Positions 52,791 through 64,000 of a stretch of 64,000 bases of DNA are shown here, piece by piece. The DNA comes from Octopus vulgaris (Eukaryota): assembly GCA_951406725.2 (NCBI GenBank), contig OX597821.1:34100001-34164000 (forward strand), given 5' to 3'. Numbering within the stretch: position 1 is the first letter of the stretch; each line of letters opens with the position of its first letter. A program made the translations under genes and the position numbers. The notes under the pieces were generated by a model. The model was not told the origin of the DNA, did no database searches, and saw nothing but the letters and a program-made list of their open reading frames with translations.

Positions 52791-52854
52791 GAGCCACTGA
52801 TGAGCATTAAGATATGTTGAGCATCAAAATGCGAAATCATCAGTGATCTGGCTT
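52791..52854 (+). ncRNA. Complete type I hammerhead ribozyme
   Basis: Stem I gagcca/tggctt; CTGATGA 52797-52803; stem II gcatt/aatgc; GAAA 52833-52836; stem III tca/tga; AUC cleavage triplet ending at 52848. Confidence 0.8.
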
Positions 52855-52997
52855 TATTTGCGACTGTAGGGAGCTTGTCTCCCTTGTCAGTTCATTAAGA
52901 TAATGCTTTTGTGACTATTGAGTTGTTTTGACTCTTATTTCTTGCAATACTTGGTGCTTGTTAGTGTCGTTGCTCACGTTGGTGACGTGTGTGTGCA

Positions 52998-53042
<45 letters not shown>

Positions 53043-53208
53043 GTATATATATATATACATGTATATATATAACTGCTCCCTGCACCGCATGTTATATCTT
53101 GTGACCCCTTGACCACTTTCGTCCTTTTTTATTTTTATTTTTTCTCTTCTATTTATTTTCCTTTTCCTTTCATCTCTTTCTCATCAGTACTATGCTTCTC
53201 TGTTTTTT

Positions 53209-53245
53209 TTTTCTGATGAAGGATTAACATCCAAAACGTTAAGAC
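53209..53245 (+). ncRNA. Minimal type I hammerhead with G12>A
   Basis: tttt-CTGATGA-a-ggat-taac-atcc-aAAA-cgtt-aaga. Confidence 0.55.
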
Positions 53246-53521
53246 ATTCTCCCTTTCTTTTAAGCATTAACCTAATACAATCTTTGCTAAACTTTGTCTC
53301 TTCTGAGTTGTCTTTTTCCTTTCATTTATTGTTCATTGCATTTACAATATATGTGTGTGTGTGTGTATGTGTGTGTGTGTGTATGTGTGTGTGTGTGTGT
53401 GTGTGTGAAATGAGAAAGGTGTGCTTTTCAACCACATGGTTTCAAGTTCAGTTCTACTGCATGGCACTTTAAGCAGGTGTTTTCTACAAAAGCCTTGGGG
53501 CAACCTTCTGAGTGGATCTGA

Positions 53522-53566
<45 letters not shown>

Positions 53567-53569
<3 letters not shown>

Positions 53570-53866
53570 GGATTCCTCGACTTGCTCGAGTAACTGGGGG
53601 ACGTGCAATTCGAAATTCGCACAAGTCGAGTACCAGATATTGTTATCAATTACTCAAACACAATTATTTTTACTTTATGTATATTTGAAATGATGGATAG
53701 ATAACAAGATAACAGACAAGGAAATGCAACCATGGATATTAAATATTGTTACAACAAGCACAAGTCGAGAATACAACTCGCGCAACCTGAACACTCGGTA
53801 TCAAAAGTTGGCTTGCGCAAGTCGAATTTCACGCAAGTTGAACTTGCGCAAGTCAGGGAATCCCTG
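53567..53866. mobile_element. Tigger/pogo-like MITE inserted in (TA)n
   Basis: ta|cagggattcctcgacttgc ... gcaagtcagggaatccctg|ta. Confidence 0.85.
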
Positions 53867-54092
53867 TATATATATATATATATATCCCCTCTCTCTCTTT
53901 CGGAGAGGCACAAGCACCTGCACGCACATATACACACACGGCAGTAACGTCCGCCTGCCGAATTCAATCACAAAGCTTCGGTCGGCTCGGAGCTATAGTG
54001 GAAGACACCTACCCAAAGTGCCACGCAGTGGGACTGAACCCGAAACCATGTACCTAGGAAGCAAGCTCCCTAACCACACAGCAATGCCCGCG

Positions 54093-54135
<43 letters not shown>

Positions 54136-54469
54136 CGGGAAGCTTTATGAAAATAAACAAAAGACGAAGGCAGGTGGAATACAAACAAACAATTGTATTA
54201 GTATGGCGCTCAGGAATATAAATAAAACAAGTCTATATATTGTGAGCATGTGTATATATGTTATTGTTTCCTTTCCTTGACATCACCTGATAGTTGTAAA
54301 CTATTGTTAATACCACGTAAGTGGTGCTGTTTGTTCCCAATATTCTGGGAAAGCATATCTCAACATGGGGAAATATTAGCTTACTTGGATATGGGTGAGG
54401 GTTGATGACGGCAAGAGCATCTCACTGTAGAAAAGCTGTGTCAACAAAAATTGGAAAGGTGAACATCTG

Positions 54470-54607
54470 GATGATGATGACAATGACAATGGCAATACCA
54501 ATGATGGCAATGATGATGATGATGATGATGACGAGGATGATGACAACGACAACGATGATGATGATGATGACTGTGAAGATCACAATGATCATGTTGATAA
54601 TGATAAC

Positions 54608-54645
<38 letters not shown>

Positions 54646-54820
54646 CGGTGACAATGATGATAATGATGGCGATGATGGTGTTGGCGATGACAATGATGAT
54701 ACCGACAACCACGAAAATGATGATGATAGCGATGACAATGATGACAATGATGCTGAGGAAGATGACAACGAAGATGACAGCAACAACAACAACAATGATG
54801 ATGATGATGATGATGAAATA

Positions 54821-54864
<44 letters not shown>

Positions 54865-54880
54865 AATGATGATGATTGAT
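54470..54880. repeat. (GAT)n degenerate microsatellite
   Basis: Direct reading. Confidence 0.95.
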
Positions 54881-54996
54881 GATATGGAATATGCCCAATA
54901 TAGATCTGATAAGACTGTGAACTAAATAAGGAGTCAATACAGTTACATAGAAATCTTTTACTGCTAATAAAGTAATGTATGTGTGTATGTGTTAGT

Positions 54997-55028
<32 letters not shown>

Positions 55029-55214
55029 TTGAGTGTGTGTGCACATGTATAGCTAAACTTTGCTTCTATACAATTCTATCAACCATAGTCCATTCATGAA
55101 GCTTTGATACACCTAAGCCTTAGGAGAAGATACTTGCCCAAAATGAATCAGAATAGTATCAAGCAATGAAGACTTGTGGTTCCAATGCAAACTTCTAAAC
55201 TCCATCTCCATATC

Positions 55215-55451
55215 CAGGGTGTGGCAGCAAGGTTACCCTAATTTCAAAGGTTAATAAAAAACAAACACAAGAAGATACATGCAAAAACTTTGTGTTTCTA
55301 TGAAGTTCATTAAATGCCATTGTTTTTTCCTCTTTCAGGTAGTACCCACCATGGCCTGGAGTGAAGACCATTGGTTTTTCTTGTATCTTCATGTGTTTGG
55401 TCTTTTTTTTATTAACCTTTGAAATCGGGGCAACTTTTCTGCCATACCCTG
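55215..55451. mobile_element. Tc1/mariner MITE, largely palindromic
   Basis: cagggtgtggcag..atttcaaaggttaataaaaa ... tttttattaacctttgaaat..ctgccataccctg|ta. Confidence 0.8.
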
Positions 55452-56625
55452 TATATATATCTACTACATATGTGGGAAATTCTATCTGTGGGTGTGTTTG
55501 TTTGTGGAGTTGTTAGCTAACTTCTCCTACATCGTTTTATTGATTTTAATGAAACTTGACACCTGACTAGAACTCATGTCTGGAAACCTCATGGAATACT
55601 CAGATTATTGAAAAAATCGATACTAGGGACCCTGGAAGGGATCCTTATAGATATCTAATATATTTTATTTTAAAAACCAAGGGAAATAATATATTCACCC
55701 TGGTAGGGATCCTTATATATTGCCAAGGGAAATAACCCATTTATTTTCCTTAATTATTTGGTAAAAATGAAATTGAGTATGCTTATTTCTTAGTATTTGA
55801 ACTGTTAGAGTTATTTTCGCAATTTATCCAATATAACCCTTAAACAAGTAAATAGCATTTCCCTAAACGATAGATCCACTTAGTTTGGTTTGTGACTTAT
55901 TCACGAATATACCAACACTAGCACCCCTGTGGGTAATATTCTCTGGGAACACACAAAAGCCCTTTTCAGAGTTATTTGTTTAGAATTGATTTTATTTCAT
56001 ATCTGATCAGCCTATTTTATGTATACTATTTTAGTATACATAACTTATTAGTATTTCCTCCTATATTCTATATACCCTGGAAACACATTAAAGCCCTTTT
56101 TGGGGCTACTTTATTTGAATTATTAGTGTTGGGTAACTAATTTTATGTTATTACATAACTGACTTCACAATTTGGGTATTCATAACTTATTGGACATTTC
56201 TAAAAGCAAGATCCTGTGTAAGACAGTTCAGTATTCTCTGCAAATGCACAAAAACCATTTTAAGGGCTACATACTTTGTATTGTTATTATTTGGATAAGC
56301 GAAACAATTATGAGAAAGGAACCAAGGGATAAGCCCCGCTTTCCTGGGAATTACCAGGTATGTCAGCTAGTATATATAGATTAACAGCCACAACCACACA
56401 CACACACGTGTTATCATTGCACACATACACACATACACACACGCAAACCTGCGTGCATGCACATATCCACACTTACACATACATACCTCCTCTTGCACTC
56501 TCCTGTCTTTGAAAAGACTTTTTCTTCACCCATTCCCTTCTGGTCATTCAAAATGTGACCGCGTGTGTACCGTTGGCGATTTTTTTTCCTCTGTCTTCCC
56601 TTCTTTGGATCTTTCCTTTTCCTAT

Positions 56626-56660
56626 GTTTCTGACGAAGACCTCCGCTCAAAACGTTAAAC
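56626..56660 (+). ncRNA. Minimal type I hammerhead (CUGACGA core, decayed)
   Basis: gttt-CTGACGA-a-gac-ctccg-ctc-aAAA-cgtt-aaac, within a pLTR-like repeat ~56555-56757. Confidence 0.55.
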
Positions 56661-57058
56661 CCTCCTTCTTTCCTGAGCGTCCAATAATACTATACTTGTT
56701 CCATATCCTTGCGTTATTGTGTTTTCTCTTTGTGTTTCCATGTTTGGATTAACTTTATATATATATATATATATATACATACACACACATACATATTTAA
56801 TGAAAATGTCTTTGTTTTTTTTCCTCTGGCTTAATGTCACAGATAATCCAGTACAGACTACACAACACATATTTATTGAAATATGTTTTAACTAAGACCC
56901 ATTGCCTTTCACATTGATTTTATCTATGAACTAGTGCCATGAAAATGGTAATATCTAAAAAAAAGTGTATGGCAGATTACATCACAATAAATATGAGTGT
57001 TATATTGGTGTTATACATACATATACACACACATGCACACGTAAATATGTGACATATA

Positions 57059-57102
<44 letters not shown>

Positions 57103-57231
57103 ACGGGAAGCTTTATGAAAATAGACAAAAGATGAAGGCAGGTTTACGGAAATAAACAAAAGACGAAGGCAGGTGGAATACAAACAAACAATTGTATTAG
57201 TATGGCGCTCAGGAAATATAAATAAAACAAG

Positions 57232-57269
57232 TCTTTAACGTTTCGAGCCTACGCTCTTCAACAGAAAGA
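57232..57269 (-). ncRNA. Minimal type I hammerhead (CUGUUGA variant core)
   Basis: Minus: tcttt-CTGTTGA-a-gagc-gtag-gctc-GAAA-cgtt-aaaga; host repeat 57100-57310, truncated sibling at 54133-54233. Confidence 0.6.
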
Positions 57270-57442
57270 TACACAGAGAAAAAACACAGAAAGAAGGAGA
57301 GAAAAAAAATTATGCGTGTATATATATATACACACACACATATACGTATACATGTATACGTATGTGTGAGTCTATATATATACACACACACACACATATA
57401 TGTACATAATTATATACATATGTATGTACTTGTGTATGTGTG

Positions 57443-57502
<60 letters not shown>

Positions 57503-57858
57503 AGTCTGTTTATGTGTCTATGTAAACTCACAGAATAAATGCATTATGTAAATGGCTGCAAATTTAGTGAGTTCTCATAAAGAATGTCTGAAGTTATAAC
57601 CACCAAACTAAAATGTTATAGCTTCTTTCATTTGGTTCCAACATCAAAAAAAAACAACCTGGTGTGTTTCAAAGAAAAATCATTATTGCACTTAATCACA
57701 TAGTGCAGGAATGGACATGTGGTAAAATAGTTGGCTTCTCAGCCACGTTTCCTAGTACAGTCCCTCTATCTGGTACCTTGGGTAAGTGTCTTGTACTATA
57801 GCCCCAGGTCAGTCAAAGCCTTGTGAGTAGCTTCAGTAGAGCGAAACAGAAAAAGCTC

Positions 57859-57925
<67 letters not shown>

Positions 57926-57927
<2 letters not shown>

Positions 57928-58240
57928 GGAGGTGCAATGGCCCAGTGGTTAGGGCAGTGGACTCACGGTCATAGGATCGCGGTTTCGATTCCCAGACCAG
58001 GCGTTGTGAGTGTTTATTGAGTGAAAACACCTAAAGCTCCACAAGGCCCCGGCAGGGGATGGTGGTGATCCCTGCTGTACTCTTTCGCTACAACTTTCTC
58101 TCACTCTTTCTTCTGTTGGCCTGCTCGCTTAGCCAGCGGGGTGGCGTCATTTCAAGGCTAAAACAATGCGAACCACATTGTGACCAGCGATGTGTAGCAA
58201 TATCTGATAGCCTGGTCGATCACGGTGATCATGGTGATAT
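57926..58240 (+). mobile_element. SINE family C
   Basis: tggaggtgcaatggcccagtggttagggc..gtttcgattcccagacc head. Confidence 0.8.
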
Positions 58241-58254
58241 ATATATATATACCA

Positions 58255-59110
58255 TCATCATCGTTTAACGTCTGCTTTCAATGCTGGCATGGGTTGGACA
58301 GTTTGACTGAAAACCAGCAAGCGAGGGGCTGCGCCAGGTTCCAATCTGATTTGGCAAGGTTTTTATGGCCATTCCTAATGCCAACCACTCCGATAGTGTA
58401 ATGGGTGCTCTTTTTATATGCCACCAGCACAGGTGCCATTTGCATTGGCCATGACTATGGTCTCACTTGGTTTGACAGGTCAACACAAGCATGGTATATG
58501 ACCAAGGGTCTCGGTCACCTGTCACAGCCGCCATGAGGCCCAACGCTTGAATAGTGCTTTCCAGCATCAGCACGGACGTCGGCACTGGCATAGGCAACAA
58601 CTACAGCTTTGCTTGGTTCGACAGGCCTTCCTTCACAAGCACAGCATATTGCCCAACAATTGGAGGGTGCTTTTAATGAGCCAGTTATGTGACACTGGCA
58701 TTGGCCATGACTACAATCTCACTTGGCTTGATGTCACTGCCTCCATGAGGCCCAACACATGAACAGTGCTTTTTAGGTGCCACGAGCACAGGTACTAGTC
58801 AGATGGCACTGGCATCGACCAAGACTATGATTTCCCTTGGTTTGACAGGTCATCACAAGCACAGCATATTGCCCAGTGATGGAAGGATGCTTTTAATGGG
58901 CCAGTTAAACACCACTGGCATCGGCCATGACTATAATCTCACTTCACTTGACAGGTCTCAGTCACTTGTCTCTGTGAGGCTCAACATTTGAAGATCGTGC
59001 TTCATGACCCCATCCCGTGACTTTCTGGGTCTACCTCTTCAACAGGTTCCCTCCACTGTTAGAGTGTGACACTTTTTCACACAGCTGTCTTCATCCATAT
59101 GCATCACAAG
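58255..59110 (-). mobile_element. Old RTE 3' end with internally reiterated UTR modules
   Basis: cactggcat.ggccatgacta.aatctcactt and cacaagcacagcatattgccca blocks repeated; RT C-terminal remnant at ~58990-59105. Confidence 0.7.
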
Positions 59111-59390
59111 ACCATACCTGGCTCATAAGGTTTCCTGGTTTCTTGGCATATAGGTTCCCCACCTGGATGGTACACCAGTCCATCATAGGTGAGCTGCAAG
59201 ATGCAGGAGGAAAGAGTAAGAGAAAGTTGTGGCGAAAGAGTCAGCAGAAGTTCGTCATTACCTTCTTTCGGAGCCGTGTGGAGCTTAGGTGTTTCACTCA
59301 TAAACACACACATCGCACGGTCTGAGATTCGAACCCGTGATCCCTTGACTGCGAGTCCGCTGCTCTAACCACAAGGCCATGTGCCTCCAC
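59110..59390 (-). mobile_element. SINE family C variant
   Basis: Reverse complement of the 63726-64000 type. Confidence 0.75.
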
Positions 59391-60647
59391 TGTGTATGTG
59401 TGTGTGTGCATGCATGTGTGTGTAAGTATGCATATGTAATTACAGTGAGTGATGTGTATGTGTGTTTGCATCTATGTAGTGTGCATGTGTGTGTAGATTT
59501 CTGTGTGTATGTGTGTGAAGGAGCGAGAAAGAGAGAGAGTGTATGTGTGTATGTGAGTATGTGTGTGAAGAAGAGAGAAAGAGAGAGAGTGTGTGTGTGA
59601 GTAAGTGTGTGAAGGAGTGAGAAAGAGAGTATGTGTGTGTGTATGTGTGTATGTGTGTGAAGAAGAGAGAAAGAGAGAGAGTGTGTGTGTGTATGTGAGT
59701 ATGTGTGGGAAGAAGAGAGAAAGAGAGAGAGAGAGTGTGTGTGTATGTGTGAAGGAGAGAGAAAGAGAGAGTGTGTGTGTATGTGTGTGTATGTTTTGTG
59801 TTTGTGTTTGTGTAATTACAGCGTGTGTAATATGTATGTTTGGTGCATCTGTGTTGTATGTGGATATGTCTGTGTCTAATTAATTACAGTCTGTGTGTGC
59901 GATCTGTGTTTTGTTCATCTGTGTACTATGTATATATGTGTGTAATTATGGTGTGTATGTAATGTGTGTGTATATATTTGGTTCATGAATGAATATGTGT
60001 GTGTGTGTGTGAGTGAGTGAGTGCATTTGTGTGTGTGTCTATTTGATTAATGAGTATGGTATAACTCTTTGTGCTGTGTCATCATTGTTGCTTAGCTTCA
60101 GGCCAGATCTGATTGAACAAACCTTCCATCAAAAGGACTGATACTACTACTACTACTACTACTACCCTCCTGTCGTTTACAGGTATTGCGTACCCTGTGT
60201 AACGATGGCAGCGAACAGCAGCATTCCTCTGAAAACTGTTTGCGGTGTGACAACAATAGAATACTATGTTCTTCTGAAAATTGTTTTCCCCTAAGTGCTA
60301 TTATTCAGATCAAAACGGTAAATTCCTTGATACTAATGTAACAGAATTCATGATCAGTTAGAAAAAAAAAAAATGAACTAATCCAATAATGGGCTATTCT
60401 GTGCATAAATTAATAATGCTGTTACAACAAAAGAGCACACTCAGCTTTTTGATACCTCTCTCCTCAGCGGCCCTTGTCTTGATCTTTCTCACCTTGATGA
60501 CTCCTTTGTCTAGATAGAATGATAGAATGGTGGCAAGTTCAGACTCGTTCAATAGAATAACTGACATATACAGCAAGTTCTGTTACTAAACAACAATATT
60601 CTGTCAGTTGTTGGTCCTCTCTTACTTGGTAAGAGAGGACCTTACCA

Positions 60648-61060
60648 GGTGCAGAAGTGGCTGTGTGGTAAGTAGTTTGCTTACCAACCACATGGTTCCA
60701 GGTTCAGTCCCACTGCGTGGCACATTGGGCAAGTGTCTTCTACTATAGCCTCGGGCCGACCAAAGCCTTGTGAGTGGATTTGGTAGATGGAAACTGAAAG
60801 AAGCCCATCGTAATATGTATATATATATGTGTGTGTGTGTTTGTGTGTCTGTGTTTGTTCCCCCAACATCGCTTGACAACCGATGCTGGTGTGTTTACGT
60901 TCCCGTAACTAAGTGGTTCGGCAAAAGGGACTGATACAATAAGTACTAGGCTTACAAAGAATAAGTCCCGGGGTCGATTTGCTCGACTAAAGGCGGTGCT
61001 CCAGCATGGCCACAGTCACATGACTGAAACAAGTAAAAGAGTAAAAGAGTAAAAGAATAA
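60648..61060 (+). mobile_element. SINE family A, full length
   Basis: Head ggtgcagaagtggctgtgtggtaag to (gtaaaaga)3 tail. Confidence 0.9.
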
Positions 61061-61096
61061 GTAAAATATAATAAAAACAGTTCTATTAAGCATTAA

Positions 61097-61716
61097 CCCT
61101 TTAGCATTCAGATCAGTCTGTTAGTATAATGCTTATCTATTCATTCTCATTGTTTTGAATTAATCTTGCATTATCTCACCGCTCAAAATTCCAGTGATGT
61201 GATTGTTTATTTTTAGGGTATGTATTTTTGGGGACATGTTTATTTTTAGAGTAGGTATTTTTTTGGACAATGGACTGAGATACTTAGCACCTTGCTGTAC
61301 TCAAGAAGACCCGTCCTTCACAGCAGAAGTGTTAAGGTCACATCTCTCTTAGTGAAGAAGATTGACCAGCAAGAATCCTGTGCCAGTGTCATGTGAAAAG
61401 CACATGTGCTGGTGCCATGTAAATGTGCTCCTGCCAGTGCCACATTAAAAGCACCCAGCACACACCGTAAAGTGGTTAGCATTAGGAAGGGCATCCAACT
61501 GTAGAAACCATTCCAAATCAGATTGGAAAACCTGGTGCAGCTCCCCAGCTTGCCAGCTTTGGTCAAACCATCTAACCTATACCAGCATAGAAAACGGATG
61601 TGAAAGGATGATGATGATGATTGTTGGGTAGATATTAGAGGCTGAATCTGTCCAGTTTGAATATGAATCGGGTAGAATGTTTTGGGCCAGATATGGCCAA
61701 TTTAAAAGCTAAATGG
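61097..61716. mobile_element. TTAA-flanked MITE interrupted by an RTE-tail copy (~61290-61620)
   Basis: ttaa|ccctttagcattc ... aaagctaaatgg|ttaa; related elements at ~484-663 and ~61944-62130. Confidence 0.6.
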
Positions 61717-63099
61717 TTAAACTATTTTTGATGAAATAATTTTACATCTCCAAGTCATTGCATCTTCAGCAGTTATCTATTACAAGCTCAGTCTTCTTAG
61801 AGTTAAAAGCAGAAGCACTTATGTGAAAACGAGGGTCTTCGTTTAATTCTCCCTATAGTCTCTTATGGCCTGTTAAGCCGCTCTCCCCAGGTCAAGGAGA
61901 CATAACCATGTCTAGACCTGAATTCCTCAGCCAATACTGTTTAACCTTTTAGCAGTTAATCCAGCCATATCCAGCCCAAATATTCTATTTATTTTATGTT
62001 TAATACAGCCAGATCCTGCCTCTTACACCTACCCTGTAATGACATTCTTAAAAAATATTATCATATCATCAAAATTTTAAAGCTGCAAAATAATGCATGG
62101 TGAATTTCAAAACAATGTTAATAAATAATCATTACCGTAAATCCTCGAGTATAGTCCGCCCTTGAGTATAATACGCAGGGGATTTTTAGGGGGGGGGGGG
62201 ATGTACCTCTTAAAAACCTAAACCTTGTGTATAATACGCACCCCTTCTCTAATTTGAGTGTCAAGGAGGTCTATATAACGTCCTTGGTTTGTAAAAATGT
62301 ATATAGTAACGTCCTTTATTATTATTGTATATATAACATAATGCAAACGTGTAGCTTTTTTGTGCATTTTGTTTGCAGAAAATAAAGAAATAACTGTAAC
62401 TAGCAGTATAACCCAGCCTTGCCTGGGATTAAGTTACGATTATTAAGCTAATCAAGTTCTTTATTTCAGACCAAACTAAGTAATATAGACGTCAAATTTG
62501 GGCGAAATCCATTGAAATTAGTTATATTATATATATTATATATATATAAAATATAATATAAATATATATGGGCAACAGACATGAACACACATACACACAC
62601 GTACGTACGTACACCTATTGCATGTTTTGTGCACGCACATACATGTTCATAAACAGAAATGAATGGAAAAAAATGTTAAATTTGTAGATTTGTTAATTAA
62701 AGACGGTAAGGTGTGATTTCAGAAGAGAAATGTTTCCCTGATATAATATAAAGATAATCTTCGGGAAGTTTTACGTGATAATATACAAAGCTTGCATTTC
62801 AGTTTTGATTAAAGTTCATTTTAGTTTCAGCTAGACACTATGTTAGTCTGATATATAAGATGATATATAAGACGATGCCTCAATCATTGGATTGTACAAA
62901 ATTATTCATAGGACCACACTAATAGTTGGCTGAATCAATTCTTTGTCAATCGTATGTGGCTTTCTGGATTTGGCAGTCGGTGACAAAATGTTGTTGTTGT
63001 TCACTTTCTGTTTCTTTCTTAAGAAGCCAGAATATTTATAACAGTTGTGGGGTTAATAATCTTAATCTTTAGTTACAGTTTCTCATTCAAACTTGATAA

Positions 63100-63375
63100 T
63101 TGGGCAAATGTCTTCTACTATAGTCTCGGGCCGACCAAAGCCTTGTGAGTGGATTTGGTAGACGGAAACTGAAAGAAGCCCGTCATATATATGTATATAT
63201 ATATATATGCGTGTGTGTGTTTGTGTGTCTGTGTTTGTCCCCCTAGCATTGCTTGACAACCGATGCTGGTGTGTTTACGTCCCCATTACTTAGCGGTTCG
63301 GCAAAAGAGACTGATAGAATAAGTACTGGGCTTACAAAAGAATACGTTCCAGGGTCGAGTTGCTCGATTAAAGCA
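63100..63375 (+). mobile_element. SINE family A, partial
   Basis: Body matches family A. Confidence 0.85.
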
Positions 63376-63725
63376 GCTTCTCTGGATGTGGCATGGGTTG
63401 TTTTTTTTTCTCTCTAAATCATTCAGCAATTATCAATGTTGCTCATTGTAAATAGCCAACATCAAATACCTTTATGTCTGGTTATAAATATTTCAGTGAA
63501 ATGTTTGTGAGTTGCTTCAGTTATTATTTACACAGCCAATGAAATGTGTCATCATTTATCAGCTCCGCGTTGTGACAACCAAGGCACTTAACGACGGTAT
63601 TATTGTATGGCAGTGACACTCATTTACAACTACCACATGATGTCAAGACAAGGAGACCAATAAACACATAAACACAGGCACTCACAAAGAAACAAACACA
63701 CATATATATATATATTTGAATATAT

Positions 63726-64000
63726 GTGGAGGCACATCACCTAGTGGTTAGAGCAGCAGACTTGCGGTCGAGGGATTGCAGGTTCGAATCTCAGACCGAG
63801 TGATGTGTGTGTTTATGAGCGAAACACTGGCAGAAGGTAATGGCGAACTTCTGCTGACTCTTTCGCCACAACTTTCTCTCACTCTTTCCTCCTGCATCTT
63901 GCAGCTCACCTGCGATGGGCTGGCGTCCCGTCCAGGTGGGGAACCTATATGCCAAGAAACCAGAAAACCGGCCCTTATGAGCCAGGCATGGCTCCAGAAG
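63726..64000 (+). mobile_element. SINE family C, cut by the window end
   Basis: A-box-like cctagtggttagagc and B-box ggttcgaatctc. Confidence 0.8.

Noticed and set aside
58430-58990. Regularly spaced ~30-bp repeats resembling a CRISPR array
   Set aside because: Eukaryotic context, spacers are themselves homologous, and the block is a reiterated RTE 3' UTR
60176-60221. Imperfect hairpin containing taccctgt (miR-10-like seed)
   Set aside because: Only the seed matches, it is on the wrong arm, and the stem is short

Overview
Eukaryotic, AT-rich and extremely repeat-dense DNA. The SINE families, RTE-tail repeats and (TA)n/(CA)n/(AAT)n microsatellite load strongly suggest a coleoid cephalopod, most likely Octopus (inference). 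Almost every ORF in the supplied track is a microsatellite or SINE artefact. The protein-coding remnants I can recognise are all transposon-derived. They are: a 5'-truncated but otherwise open RTE-clade LINE whose RT carries an in-frame C4HC3 PHD finger (21558-23535); a 3'-truncated L1/Tx1-like LINE lying between (TC)n tracts (29972-32411, minus); and fossils of a pogo/Tigger transposase, CR1-group RT, Penelope RT and Penelope GIY-YIG. Many SINEs, MITEs and Helitron-like elements are also present. The most striking signal is a set of about nine hammerhead-ribozyme (HHR) motifs. One is a complete type I HHR inside a ~134-bp direct-repeat-bounded unit (52744-52890, retrozyme-like) that also carries a perfect 9-nt anti-core switch. 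Several others are minimal Penelope-type HHRs. Other notable structures are a ~700-bp foldback, a ~200-bp duplication flanking a SINE tail, and two phase-compatible candidate exons of an unidentified plus-strand gene. All folds and alignments were read by eye, and boundaries of degenerate repeats are approximate.
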